From Candidatus Woesearchaeota archaeon CG10_big_fil_rev_8_21_14_0_10_37_12 (GTDB lineage: Archaea > Nanobdellota > Nanobdellia > Woesearchaeales > ARS49), in contig PCYA01000012.1 of assembly GCA_002762795.1 (NCBI GenBank), forward strand, positions 54,066 to 118,065: DNA of 64,000 nt. Direction: 5' to 3'. Shown one piece after another: positions 1 through 8,029 of the stretch; position 1 is the stretch's first letter; every line of letters begins with the position of its first letter. Position numbers and translations under genes: made by a program. Under the pieces are notes generated by a model. The model made no database searches. It was not told where the DNA came from and saw nothing but the letters and a program-made list of their open reading frames with translations.

Positions 1-13
1 AAGCCCACTAATC

Positions 14-802
14 ATGATCGCACTAGGAGTATTTGTACTCGTCATAGTACTCGTTCAAGTCAACAAACTAGGAAGCTCAACAGACTACCAAGAAAACTTT
101 TACGCACGAGACTTAGCATTACACTTAGACAGCATATACGCAGTACGAAAAGACGTAAACTTAGCAACAACATATGAATTGCCAACACAATTTAATACAT
201 TATTCAATTCAGGAGAAATTAAACTCTACCAAGACTCCCCCCTTACAGGCAAAACATTCTGGTACAATCAAGATTACCAATACAAACCACTAAACAATCT
301 GAATATTGCAGGCAGAACAAGAGAATATTTACATTTTGCACGACAAGGAAACAAAATAAGCATATCAGCAGACAAACCAAAATTATCAAATAATCCTTAC
401 TGTGAACCAGACAACAAAAAATTCAATTTAGAAACAATACGATCACAAACAGCATTCGATAACATTGAAGAAGGAACAGAACTCGTAACAGGAGACCTAA
501 CAGTTTACGTAAAATTAACACAAGGAGAGCCAGAATTAACTGTTTATACAAGCCAACACACAAATACCATAATGATCGCATGCACAATCACACAAAAACT
601 ATATGGTACTTTGCCAAAAATAACTGAGCACGTAATTCTCCCAGTAAACAAAAAATACCTTTCTGCGGATGATATCAGAAGAAGCATTACTGATTCGGAA
701 GAACCAGCTCTTCTTATCATCATCAAGTATCCTGAAATAACAAACCAAGTCAAAAGTGTAATCGCAGCAGCACTCCAAGCAGAGGTGAACGAACGTGCAT
801 AA
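14..802 (+). CDS. hypothetical membrane-anchored protein, first of four pilin-like ORFs; the frame is open to the left window edge, so the start may lie upstream
   Basis: 262-aa ORF. The N-terminus MIALGVFVLVIVLVQV is a single hydrophobic helix and the rest is hydrophilic. The stop overlaps the next ORF by 8 nt. Confidence 0.5.
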   Translation: MIALGVFVLVIVLVQVNKLGSSTDYQENFYARDLALHLDSIYAVRKDVNLATTYELPTQFNTLFNSGEIKLYQDSPLTGKTFWYNQDYQYKPLNNLNIAGRTREYLHFARQGNKISISADKPKLSNNPYCEPDNKKFNLETIRSQTAFDNIEEGTELVTGDLTVYVKLTQGEPELTVYTSQHTNTIMIACTITQKLYGTLPKITEHVILPVNKKYLSADDIRRSITDSEEPALLIIIKYPEITNQVKSVIAAALQAEVNERA

Positions 803-1238
803 AAAAGCCAGTTCACAATTAACAGACGTACTCTTGTTCATATTTATTTACATTCCAATGACTATAGTTATTGTAGCATCTCTTGTAACAACACCCTCAA
901 AAATATTAACACAATCACTACAACCTATGCAGCTAGATGCAACAATCATGCATGAACGAATCATCCAACAAATAACCTATTATTCTCCATTAACTGGAAG
1001 CCACCAAAGAACAATTGAAGGCATACCACAATTTTATCCCACAAACAAAAGATACGCAAATAGAGCGAGTATTGGAGAGCAGCAATATTATTTTAACAAA
1101 CTATTTTTTGACACAGCATATCCTCTTGCTCCTGTTGTGTACAACAAACACTCATATTACCAACACATGAACGGAGAAAATGAAATACTCGTAGAAACAA
1201 TACATGTGTTCCCCAAAAACTATGATACATTCAACTAA
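795..1238 (+). CDS. type IV pilin-like protein (class III signal-peptide-like N-terminus)
   Basis: GTG start lies 6 nt after GAGGTGA (782-788). N-terminus is MHKKASSQLTDVLLFIFIYIPMTIVIVASLV: a short basic segment, a small residue, then a hydrophobic helix. Confidence 0.5.
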   Translation: MHKKASSQLTDVLLFIFIYIPMTIVIVASLVTTPSKILTQSLQPMQLDATIMHERIIQQITYYSPLTGSHQRTIEGIPQFYPTNKRYANRASIGEQQYYFNKLFFDTAYPLAPVVYNKHSYYQHMNGENEILVETIHVFPKNYDTFN

Positions 1239-1251
1239 AGGAGAAATACGC

Positions 1252-1665
1252 ATGCTAAACGTGCTCATTGTTATTATCTTAATAGCACTTATCCTATTCG
1301 TGCTTAACTTCTATCTGGCAGGAAAAGTAAAAGAAAGACAAACACAAGCAGAAAAAGAACTTGTCATGTTACGCGTAGACAAATTAACACTTGATTTTTT
1401 TTCAAGCATGCCAATTACACAAAACGCTGATGAACTAGAAACAGCACTCAACACGTTTTATACAAACAATGCGTTAGCACCAAACATTGACTGTAGCAAA
1501 ACAAACAAAATAACCTGTTCAGGAAACCTTAGATCAGACTGGAATGTAGTCCTTGGAACTACGTATCACAAAAAGTTTTACTTGCCAACAAACAAACCAG
1601 AGATACTACAAGAAATAGAACTAAACGCACTACTCATAAAAGCATTACCTAAAGAATTCATATGA
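1252..1665 (+). CDS. hypothetical N-terminally anchored small protein (pilin-like cluster)
   Basis: ATG at 1252 is preceded by AGGAG (1238-1242). N-terminus is MLNVLIVIILIALILFVLNFYLAG. The ORF-track start at 1204 was rejected because it lies inside the upstream gene. Confidence 0.5.
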   Translation: MLNVLIVIILIALILFVLNFYLAGKVKERQTQAEKELVMLRVDKLTLDFFSSMPITQNADELETALNTFYTNNALAPNIDCSKTNKITCSGNLRSDWNVVLGTTYHKKFYLPTNKPEILQEIELNALLIKALPKEFI

Positions 1666-2417
1666 TGAACAAAAAAGGATACTACGAACTCATCATGGTC
1701 ATCTTAGTCATAGCAGGAGCAATGATGATATTTGTCGCAACAAACAGACAACTCGCAACAACACACAATTACTTTGGAGACTCACAAAAACCACTTCTTG
1801 AAATAAACTCAGAAATAGGATACCATGAACTCTACCTGCGCGAAGCAGCAAAATACGCACTGAACAAAACAGCACAAGAACTAATTGAGAATATTGAATT
1901 ACAAGGCTTTCAAAAAAACATTATTGCAGCAACATACTGCCCAGTATTAAATGATCCTGAAAACCCAGAACAAAACATCTTCAAAATACATATTGATAAA
2001 GGAATCACACAATCATTTAACAAACACATGAACAAATATCTTGTTACATATTCACAAAAAAATGAGCTAACAATCCCCTTAAACAACTTTGAAACATATG
2101 CAACAAATGACCAATTCATTGCAAGCGCACGAAAACCAATCATAATTGGTGCAGAAGGACAAAGCATGGTAACTATTTCTTATCAACCAAAAATTAGCAT
2201 TAATCACAACTACCAATTTGACATTTATGCGGATAGCTATGACATCCTTGAAAACATCTTTGTAGATTGCAGCTTAATAGACCAACCAGAACAATGCGTA
2301 TTACAAAAAGCACCTGCTGCATGGACACTAGAAAACATCAATGACATGTACAAATTTACAATTCCTTATATGGATACTGTTCTTTGTTATCATTTGTATA
2401 TTCCGAGCAAGAAGTAA
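1662..2417 (+). CDS. type IV pilin-like protein
   Basis: ATGA start/stop overlap with the upstream ORF. N-terminus MMNKKGYYELIMVILVIAGAMMIFV resembles a KKG-cleavage class III signal followed by a hydrophobic helix. Confidence 0.55.
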   Translation: MMNKKGYYELIMVILVIAGAMMIFVATNRQLATTHNYFGDSQKPLLEINSEIGYHELYLREAAKYALNKTAQELIENIELQGFQKNIIAATYCPVLNDPENPEQNIFKIHIDKGITQSFNKHMNKYLVTYSQKNELTIPLNNFETYATNDQFIASARKPIIIGAEGQSMVTISYQPKISINHNYQFDIYADSYDILENIFVDCSLIDQPEQCVLQKAPAAWTLENINDMYKFTIPYMDTVLCYHLYIPSKK

Positions 2418-2463
2418 GATGTTTGAAGTTAGTAGTTAGCAGTTTACAGTAAGAAGTTCAAGG
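2411..2463 (+). repeat. purine-rich GTAARCAGT-type intergenic repeat, copy R1
   Basis: The sequence gaagtaagatgtttgaagttagtagttagcagtttacagtaagaagttcaagg starts at the stop codon of the upstream gene. It shares the CAGTAAGAAGTTCAAGG end with other copies. Confidence 0.5.
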
Positions 2464-2496
2464 CAAGAGATCAAATGTTCTTAGCTTTTTTGCCAG

Positions 2497-3072
2497 TTAT
2501 TTTTTTTTAATACGTTTGTTTAGCAAAGGATTGAAATGATGCTTATACCTTTTTTGAAGGTCAGACAATTGCCAATCTCTTCCTGTAACAATATGTCTGC
2601 ACAAGTTTGTTCCACACTTGCATTCGCTTGGCAGTTTATAATCTTCATCAAGAACAAACATAGCATAATCGATAGTTAGTTCTTCTCCCTGCGTTATAGC
2701 TCTTCTTGCAATTATTGTTACTTCATCTTTCATCCAAGCATTAGGATCACAGGAATGATTGTGGTTATAACTCGGATCATCATTTCGGGCAGTATAATCA
2801 AAAACCTCCCACAAAAACTCATCAATTTGCTGAATTGCTTTCCCTTCTTCTTTTGCTTTTCTAGCTTCAGATTCACTTACAAAATTTCCTCCCCACACAA
2901 CAACAATTTCTCCTTCAGCAATATTTTCTTTAGCAAAAAGACCTTTTCCATGAAAGTTAGAATCTTTAACTTCAACTTTCTGACTAATCCAAGACTCTCG
3001 TATATACTTTTTCCTCATCATAAAACCAATAAAAACAAACTTGCTTTTAAAGTTTATATTAATCGTCGACAT
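2497..3072 (-). CDS. SET-domain protein lysine methyltransferase-like
   Basis: Carries NHSCDPNA and ELTIDY motifs plus a C-terminal Cys cluster, CKCGTNLC (post-SET-like). The true start may be the internal MM at 3021/3018. Confidence 0.75.
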   Translation of the reverse strand: MSTININFKSKFVFIGFMMRKKYIRESWISQKVEVKDSNFHGKGLFAKENIAEGEIVVVWGGNFVSESEARKAKEEGKAIQQIDEFLWEVFDYTARNDDPSYNHNHSCDPNAWMKDEVTIIARRAITQGEELTIDYAMFVLDEDYKLPSECKCGTNLCRHIVTGRDWQLSDLQKRYKHHFNPLLNKRIKKK

Positions 3073-3190
3073 TTATTTTTCTTTATAACTGAGCAAGTTA
3101 TTCTCACGTAACCTTTATGATCATCGTCGATAAAATTACGTATTTTTAACCGAAAGGCTTCTTAAGAAGTAAGATACTAAGAATGATAAC

Positions 3191-3304
3191 GGCGGCGTCG
3201 GATAATCCGGTTATTCCGCTGAGTTGAGAGCTCAGTTCCCTAAGGGGTATCGGGGTTCAAAAAACTTTCGGTTTGCCGAGGTTATGAAAGTCCCCGCGCC
3301 GCCG
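3191..3304 (+). tRNA. tRNA-Leu(GAG), class II, with a ~29-nt intron inside the T-loop
   Basis: Acceptor stem GGCGGCG (3191-3197) pairs with CGCCGCC (3297-3303). Anticodon stem is CTGAG (3219-3223) / CTCAG (3231-3235), with loop TTGAGAG and anticodon GAG at 3226-3228. The long variable arm CCC-TAA-GGG fits Leu. T-stem CGGGG (3251-3255) / CCCCG (3292-3296) encloses TTCAAA + insert (about 3262-3290) + T. No CCA is encoded. Confidence 0.8.
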
Positions 3305-3374
3305 TTTCCTCTCTTTACAAGCACATAAATCTTTATAAAACAGTAAATTTTCTTAAACTGCAAGGGGGAATTAC

Positions 3375-4352
3375 ATGATACGAATGCCACTACCAGACAT
3401 GATAACAAAAATCAAAGAAGCCAGTGGGCTCAGCGACGAAGACATAAAAACAAAAATAGACGCCAAATGCACAGCACTATCGGGACTCATTTCTAAAGAA
3501 GGAGCAGCACACATTATTGCCAATGAACTTGGCATAAAACTTGTAGAAAGCAACGGCAAAATCAAAGATTTACTACCAGGCATGCGCAACATACAAGTAC
3601 TTGGACGAGTCACACAAGTATATGAAATCAGAGAATTCCAACGCGCAGACGGAACGCCAGGAAAAGTAGGCAACTTCCTCCTAGGAGACGAAACAGGAAG
3701 CACACGAATCGTCTGCTGGGGAAAACACGCAGACATACTCAACGAACTAAGCCCAGGAACTCCTGTAAAAGTCATGAGCGGACAAGTACGCGAAAACAGA
3801 GGCTACGCAGAAGTACACCTTAACGACTACAGTAAAATACAACTTAACCCAGAAGAACACATTCCAGAAGTAGCAGAACGAAAAATAGAACGAAAACAAC
3901 TCAACGAGCTACAAGAAAACGGACAAGAAGTAGAAGTCATGGGAACAGTCGTACAATTATTCGACCCAAAATACTTTGAAACCTGCCCACAATGCAGCAC
4001 CCGATTAAAAGACGTAGAAGGACAATGGAGTTGCGGACAGCACGGAACGGTAGAACCAGACTATAGCTATTTAGTCAACGTGTTTTTAGATGACGGAACA
4101 GAAAACATGAGAGTGGTTTTATTCAGAAACCAAGCAGAACAATTATTGAGCAAAACAAAAGAAGATATGCTCAATTATCGTCTTGAGCCAGCAAACTTTG
4201 AACCACTCAAAACAGAATTACTCGGAGAACAATTCAAATTCATCGGCAGAGCAAAACGAAACACATTCTTTGACAGAATAGAATTCATTGCCAACAAAGT
4301 ATACAAAGCGAATCCAGAAGAAGAAATAGCACGAATAGAAAACAATGGATGA
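3375..4352 (+). CDS. replication protein A-like ssDNA-binding protein (OB folds plus zinc ribbon)
   Basis: N-terminus has the LSGLISKEGAAHIIANELGI motif typical of archaeal RPA. OB-like blocks are present, and the zinc ribbon is CPQCSTRLKDVEGQWSCGQHG. TATA-like CTTTATAAAAC lies at 3331-3341. Confidence 0.65.
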   Translation: MIRMPLPDMITKIKEASGLSDEDIKTKIDAKCTALSGLISKEGAAHIIANELGIKLVESNGKIKDLLPGMRNIQVLGRVTQVYEIREFQRADGTPGKVGNFLLGDETGSTRIVCWGKHADILNELSPGTPVKVMSGQVRENRGYAEVHLNDYSKIQLNPEEHIPEVAERKIERKQLNELQENGQEVEVMGTVVQLFDPKYFETCPQCSTRLKDVEGQWSCGQHGTVEPDYSYLVNVFLDDGTENMRVVLFRNQAEQLLSKTKEDMLNYRLEPANFEPLKTELLGEQFKFIGRAKRNTFFDRIEFIANKVYKANPEEEIARIENNG

Positions 4353-4898
4353 AATCAAAAAAATTCAACACCTTTTCAAACTCAAAGAAGTATTCAGAAC
4401 AGCCTGCGAAATGGGCGACAGGCCAGAAAGCACAGCAGAACACACATACAGTGTTTTGATTTTAGCACAACACTTTCTTCCCAAGATATCCCAACAATTG
4501 GATAAACATAAAATTATGCAATGTTACTAGCACACGACATTGTTGAAATTGAATCAGGAGATGTATGTACGTATGACAAAGAAGCAAAAGCAAAACAAAT
4601 AGCAGAAGAACCTCGAGCATTTTTACGATTAAAAGACAAAATACCTTCACAACTGGGTGAAGAATTTCACTCCCTCTGGCTAGAGTATGAACAATGTCAG
4701 ACACTAGAAGCAAAATTCTGCAAAGCAATAGATGCACTAGACCCAGTTATCCACAACATATTCAGACCAGAAAACTCTCGAAAAATAGGAGTCACCTCAC
4801 AAAAAATACGCGACAAAAAAGAAAAATACTTCCACGACTTTCCAGAACTCCTTGCAACACTTAACACTTGTTTAGCCTACCTTGATAAAAATCTTTAA
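4345..4898 (+). pseudogene. HD-domain phosphohydrolase (YfbR-like 5-prime nucleotidase family) interrupted by a frameshift at about 4519-4521
   Basis: ORF 4345-4530 carries the first His (ESTAEHTYS) and ends ..HKIMQCY*. ORF 4521-4898, in another frame, starts MLLAHDIVEIESGD (the HD motif). Restoring one A in ATGCAA(A)ATGTTA would fuse them. Confidence 0.6.
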
Positions 4899-4910
4899 AC
4901 GCTAAAAATC

Positions 4911-5210
4911 CCACCATTCCGATGAAAATCAAAGATTTTCAGCGTGCAGCGAAAAATACATTTTTCGCGCACAGAAAACCTCAAGGTTTTCTTGTGCAAA
5001 AAATCTCTGATTTTTTAGCATATTGAATGGTGGTTTACTACGTAAACCACAGTTACATAGGTGGAATTTTGGCGTGATCAAGCCAAGAAAATGCTTTGCA
5101 TTTTCTGGCCCAGAAAATCCTCTGAATTTTCTTGGGAACCACTGGTCATTATAAGCGAAGATGAAGCTATCGCTTCATGCCACCCGTCTATTGACGGGTG
5201 GTTCTTGACA
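4911..5210. repeat. expanded copy (C3) of the nested-palindrome element family, containing six GAAAAT/ATTTTC hairpins
   Basis: Outer stem is CCACCATTC (4911-4919) / GAATGGTGG (5025-5033). Hairpins lie at 4924-4940, 4944-4972, 4973-4992, 4998-5016, 5082-5109 and 5109-5136. The 3-prime half (5073-5210) aligns to the copies at 8826-8985 and 15548-15691. Confidence 0.6.
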
Positions 5211-5260
5211 AGTTAATTTGATGGAGCGGCGAATCACCAGCAATTTATTTCTTAGGATCT

Positions 5261-5782
5261 TTACTCTTTAACAACCTCCTCAACACTCTTTAACTCAATC
5301 TCAGGTCTGGTTTCTTTCAAATCTTCTAACGTAAACTCATGCGTTTCTTCATCAAACGCAACACAAGTATTAGTTATTATTGTAATATCAAACCCTCTGT
5401 CATACGCATCAGAAACAGCACTACGAACGCACAAATTTGTCAAAATACCTGTTATCACTAATTCATTAACTTCAAGATCTGCTAAAATCTCATCTAAATC
5501 TGTATTGAAAAATGGTGAAACAGCATACTTTGTAATCAACGTATCTTTACCTTTCTGAAACTCAACACCATCCATTATTTCAACTGCTTTCGTGTTCTCT
5601 TTAAATCCAACATCATCTTCTTCAATATGACGCACAAAAATAACTGGCAAATTTTTCCCTCTAAAACTTTTGATTAACTGATTAAGCCTTGCTATCTTAT
5701 CAGAAATATCGCCAACAAAATACTCAGAATCCTTGTTAATCCATTCATTTTCATAATCTACGATAAGCAAGGCAGATGGCAT
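5261..5782 (-). CDS. isochorismatase-family cysteine hydrolase
   Basis: Carries ALLIVDYENEW (Asp), ITKYAVSPF (Lys) and GILTNLCVRS (Cys), the catalytic-triad context. Confidence 0.75.
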   Translation of the reverse strand: MPSALLIVDYENEWINKDSEYFVGDISDKIARLNQLIKSFRGKNLPVIFVRHIEEDDVGFKENTKAVEIMDGVEFQKGKDTLITKYAVSPFFNTDLDEILADLEVNELVITGILTNLCVRSAVSDAYDRGFDITIITNTCVAFDEETHEFTLEDLKETRPEIELKSVEEVVKE

Positions 5783-5814
5783 GTCATTGATAGCTTTTCT
5801 TTCAGTTAAATACT

Positions 5815-6147
5815 TTACGCTAACTTACTTCCATTCGGAACAGGACGTTCAGGAACAGCTAATACAACCTCTTCGTCCAGAATAAAACCTGTTGTTAACA
5901 CTTCAGACATGAAAGGACCAATTTGTCGCGGTGGAAAATTACACACGCACAACACTTGTTTGTTTAGAAGGTCTTCTTTTTTGTACAACTTTGTGAGTTG
6001 CGCACTTGATTTTTTAACACCTAACTCTCCAAGATCAATCTCTAACTTGTACGCGGGCTTTTTAGCCTCTGGGAAATCCGCTATTTTAATCACAGTTCCA
6101 ACTCTTAATTCTACTTTTTCGAAATCTGGCCATGAGATTGTTTCCAT
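5815..6147 (-). CDS. tRNA-binding domain protein (CsaA/EMAP-like OB fold)
   Basis: FEKVELRVGTVIKIADFPEAKKPAYKLEIDLG ... VLCVCNFPPRQIGPFMSEVL matches the CsaA/YgjH pattern. Confidence 0.7.
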   Translation of the reverse strand: METISWPDFEKVELRVGTVIKIADFPEAKKPAYKLEIDLGELGVKKSSAQLTKLYKKEDLLNKQVLCVCNFPPRQIGPFMSEVLTTGFILDEEVVLAVPERPVPNGSKLA

Positions 6148-6217
6148 ACCTTGTTTTTCTAAATAAGGATATATAAAATTAACTTTCCCCTAAGGAGGAA
6201 AGCAACAAGTCGATCTA

Positions 6218-6985
6218 TCAATCAATCGAATAAGCATTTCCAGCAACCGCACTTTGCTCATCAGAAACATCCAACAACACCTTTAATACTGCGTCATGCT
6301 TCTTCTTTGCATTTGTTACTGCATCATCAAGCGTGCTTCCTTTTACAAGTCCTTGCACTTGCAATTTTGTTTCAGCACGACCCTTTAACTCAGCAGGAAT
6401 AATAAGCTCATCAAGCTTCTCGTTATTAAGATAAAACACAATATTTTCTGACAAATGCTCATAAGGACCTTCAGGCAAATCCATTGTTAACATATCCAAA
6501 ACGCTGGTTGCTTGTGCAAGACGCTGTGCAGCATTAGGAGTTACTTCAACAGCAATACCAAACGTGCACAGAAACTGATTATTTTCCTCACTGCACAAAG
6601 TAGGAACAACGCCATTATTTGGAAGCATAGTTATTTGCAAAATATCAGGACCATTTGTGAAAACAACTTCATCACCAATCATTGCTTTAAACGTTCCTTC
6701 AGGCGTGTTTCCCTGATAATCAACCGGCAAATCAACATAGACCTCATTTGCATCTACTTGTTCAACGTCCACTTGCTGCTTAATTATGCCTGTTGAATCT
6801 TCTTCAGAACTAATTTCCGTTTGTTCAGAAACTGCAATAATTTTATCCTGCGTATCAATACCTGAGACTTGTTCAGGAATCTTTTCATCCACTGGAACAA
6901 TTTTTGGAGGAGCAAACGTAGCATACACCAAAAAACCAATAACGATAACAGCTATTGCAATAAAAAGAATATTTTTGTTCTTCAT
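6218..6985 (-). CDS. hypothetical secreted or membrane-anchored protein
   Basis: 255-aa ORF with a single N-terminal TM (ILFIAIAVIVIGFLVYATF), an acidic linker and a globular C-terminus. Confidence 0.55.
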   Translation of the reverse strand: MKNKNILFIAIAVIVIGFLVYATFAPPKIVPVDEKIPEQVSGIDTQDKIIAVSEQTEISSEEDSTGIIKQQVDVEQVDANEVYVDLPVDYQGNTPEGTFKAMIGDEVVFTNGPDILQITMLPNNGVVPTLCSEENNQFLCTFGIAVEVTPNAAQRLAQATSVLDMLTMDLPEGPYEHLSENIVFYLNNEKLDELIIPAELKGRAETKLQVQGLVKGSTLDDAVTNAKKKHDAVLKVLLDVSDEQSAVAGNAYSID

Positions 6986-7096
6986 CGCAACTGGTTTTTG
7001 TTTCTTGTTTAAAAATATGGCGGTTATGAAATCAAGAGTAAGAGCATAGTGTTTAGAGTAGGAAGTATTAAAAATAATACTTAAATTTGCAAACTT

Positions 7097-7828
7097 ATGA
7101 GATTCAAAGACAAAGTAGTACTCATAACTGGTTCAAGCAAAGGAATAGGAAAAGCAACAGCGTTATTATTTGCAAAGGAAGGAGCACATATTGTCATTAA
7201 TTGTTCAAACTCAGAAGAACAAGGGAAACAAACTGTTGAAGAAATCAAACAATTAGGCAGAAAAGCTATTTTCATCAAATGTGATGTTTCTCAAGAAGAA
7301 CAAGTCAAGAACATGATAGGTGAAGCAATCAAAAAATTCGGCAAACTCGATATTTTAGTCAATAATGCAGGAATCGTATTTGATGTTCCACTATTTGACA
7401 AAACTGAAGAACAATGGAACAAAACTTTTGCGGTTAACGTACGCGGCGTTTATTTGTGCTCAAAATATGCAAGCAAACACATGAAAAAAGGAGCTATTGT
7501 TAATGTATCCTCAACAAATGGCATTGACACAATCAGCCCAGAATCAGCAGATTATGACGCATCAAAAGCAGCAGTAAACAGTTTGACAAAAAACTTAGCA
7601 AAAAAACTAGGCCCTGCAATCAGAGTTAACGCAGTTGCACCAGGCTGGATTGATACAGAAATAAATAAAGACTTGCCTGCAGATCTTGTTGAAAAAGAAA
7701 AGAAACGAATCATCTTTAATAGATTCGGAAAACCAGAAGAAATAGGTCACGCAATATTATTTCTCGCAAGCGAAGAAGCAAGCTTTATTACAGGCAGTAT
7801 TTTAGTAGTTGATGGCGGGTATGAATGA
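7097..7828 (+). CDS. short-chain dehydrogenase/reductase (FabG-like)
   Basis: TGSSKGIG cofactor motif, NNAG, and the Y-x3-K motif (YDASKAAV). Confidence 0.85.
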   Translation: MRFKDKVVLITGSSKGIGKATALLFAKEGAHIVINCSNSEEQGKQTVEEIKQLGRKAIFIKCDVSQEEQVKNMIGEAIKKFGKLDILVNNAGIVFDVPLFDKTEEQWNKTFAVNVRGVYLCSKYASKHMKKGAIVNVSSTNGIDTISPESADYDASKAAVNSLTKNLAKKLGPAIRVNAVAPGWIDTEINKDLPADLVEKEKKRIIFNRFGKPEEIGHAILFLASEEASFITGSILVVDGGYE

Positions 7829-8027
7829 CCATTAAACCTTTTTCTCTAAATAATGTCAAAATGTTTTTGGCAGGCTCTATAGCCCGTTGTAATAATAAAA
7901 TATTATTTCCAAGAAACTCACCAAATCCTTTCGGAAGAAGAAAATCTTTTTGAAAATCAATAACTAACAAAGCAGTATGCTTTGGATCAAACTCATATTC
8001 GTAAGGTTTTGCTTTTATTTTTAGCAT
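7788..8027 (-). pseudogene. N-terminal remnant of an isochorismatase-family gene, truncated where it meets the SDR gene
   Basis: HTALLVIDFQKDF..GLMVIHTRH matches the first ~70 residues of the family. The Lys and Cys regions are missing, and the last 41 nt overlap the 3-prime end of the SDR gene. Confidence 0.5.
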
Positions 8028-8029
8028 AC

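Noticed and set aside
4911-5136. Possible CRISPR array, suggested by regularly spaced short hairpins.
   Set aside because: The repeat units are not identical direct repeats, the spacing is only 3-10 nt between hairpins, there are no unique spacers of 30-40 nt, and no cas genes occur in the window.
5073-5210. Origin recognition box (ORB) hypothesis. The CCAGTGG core in the palindrome elements resembles the TCCAGTGGAAAC core of crenarchaeal ORBs, and replication genes (RPA, RFC, RadA) are nearby.
   Set aside because: The copies are dispersed over 10 kb rather than flanking one AT-rich unwinding element. The GAAAC extension is absent. No orc1/cdc6 gene occurs in the window.
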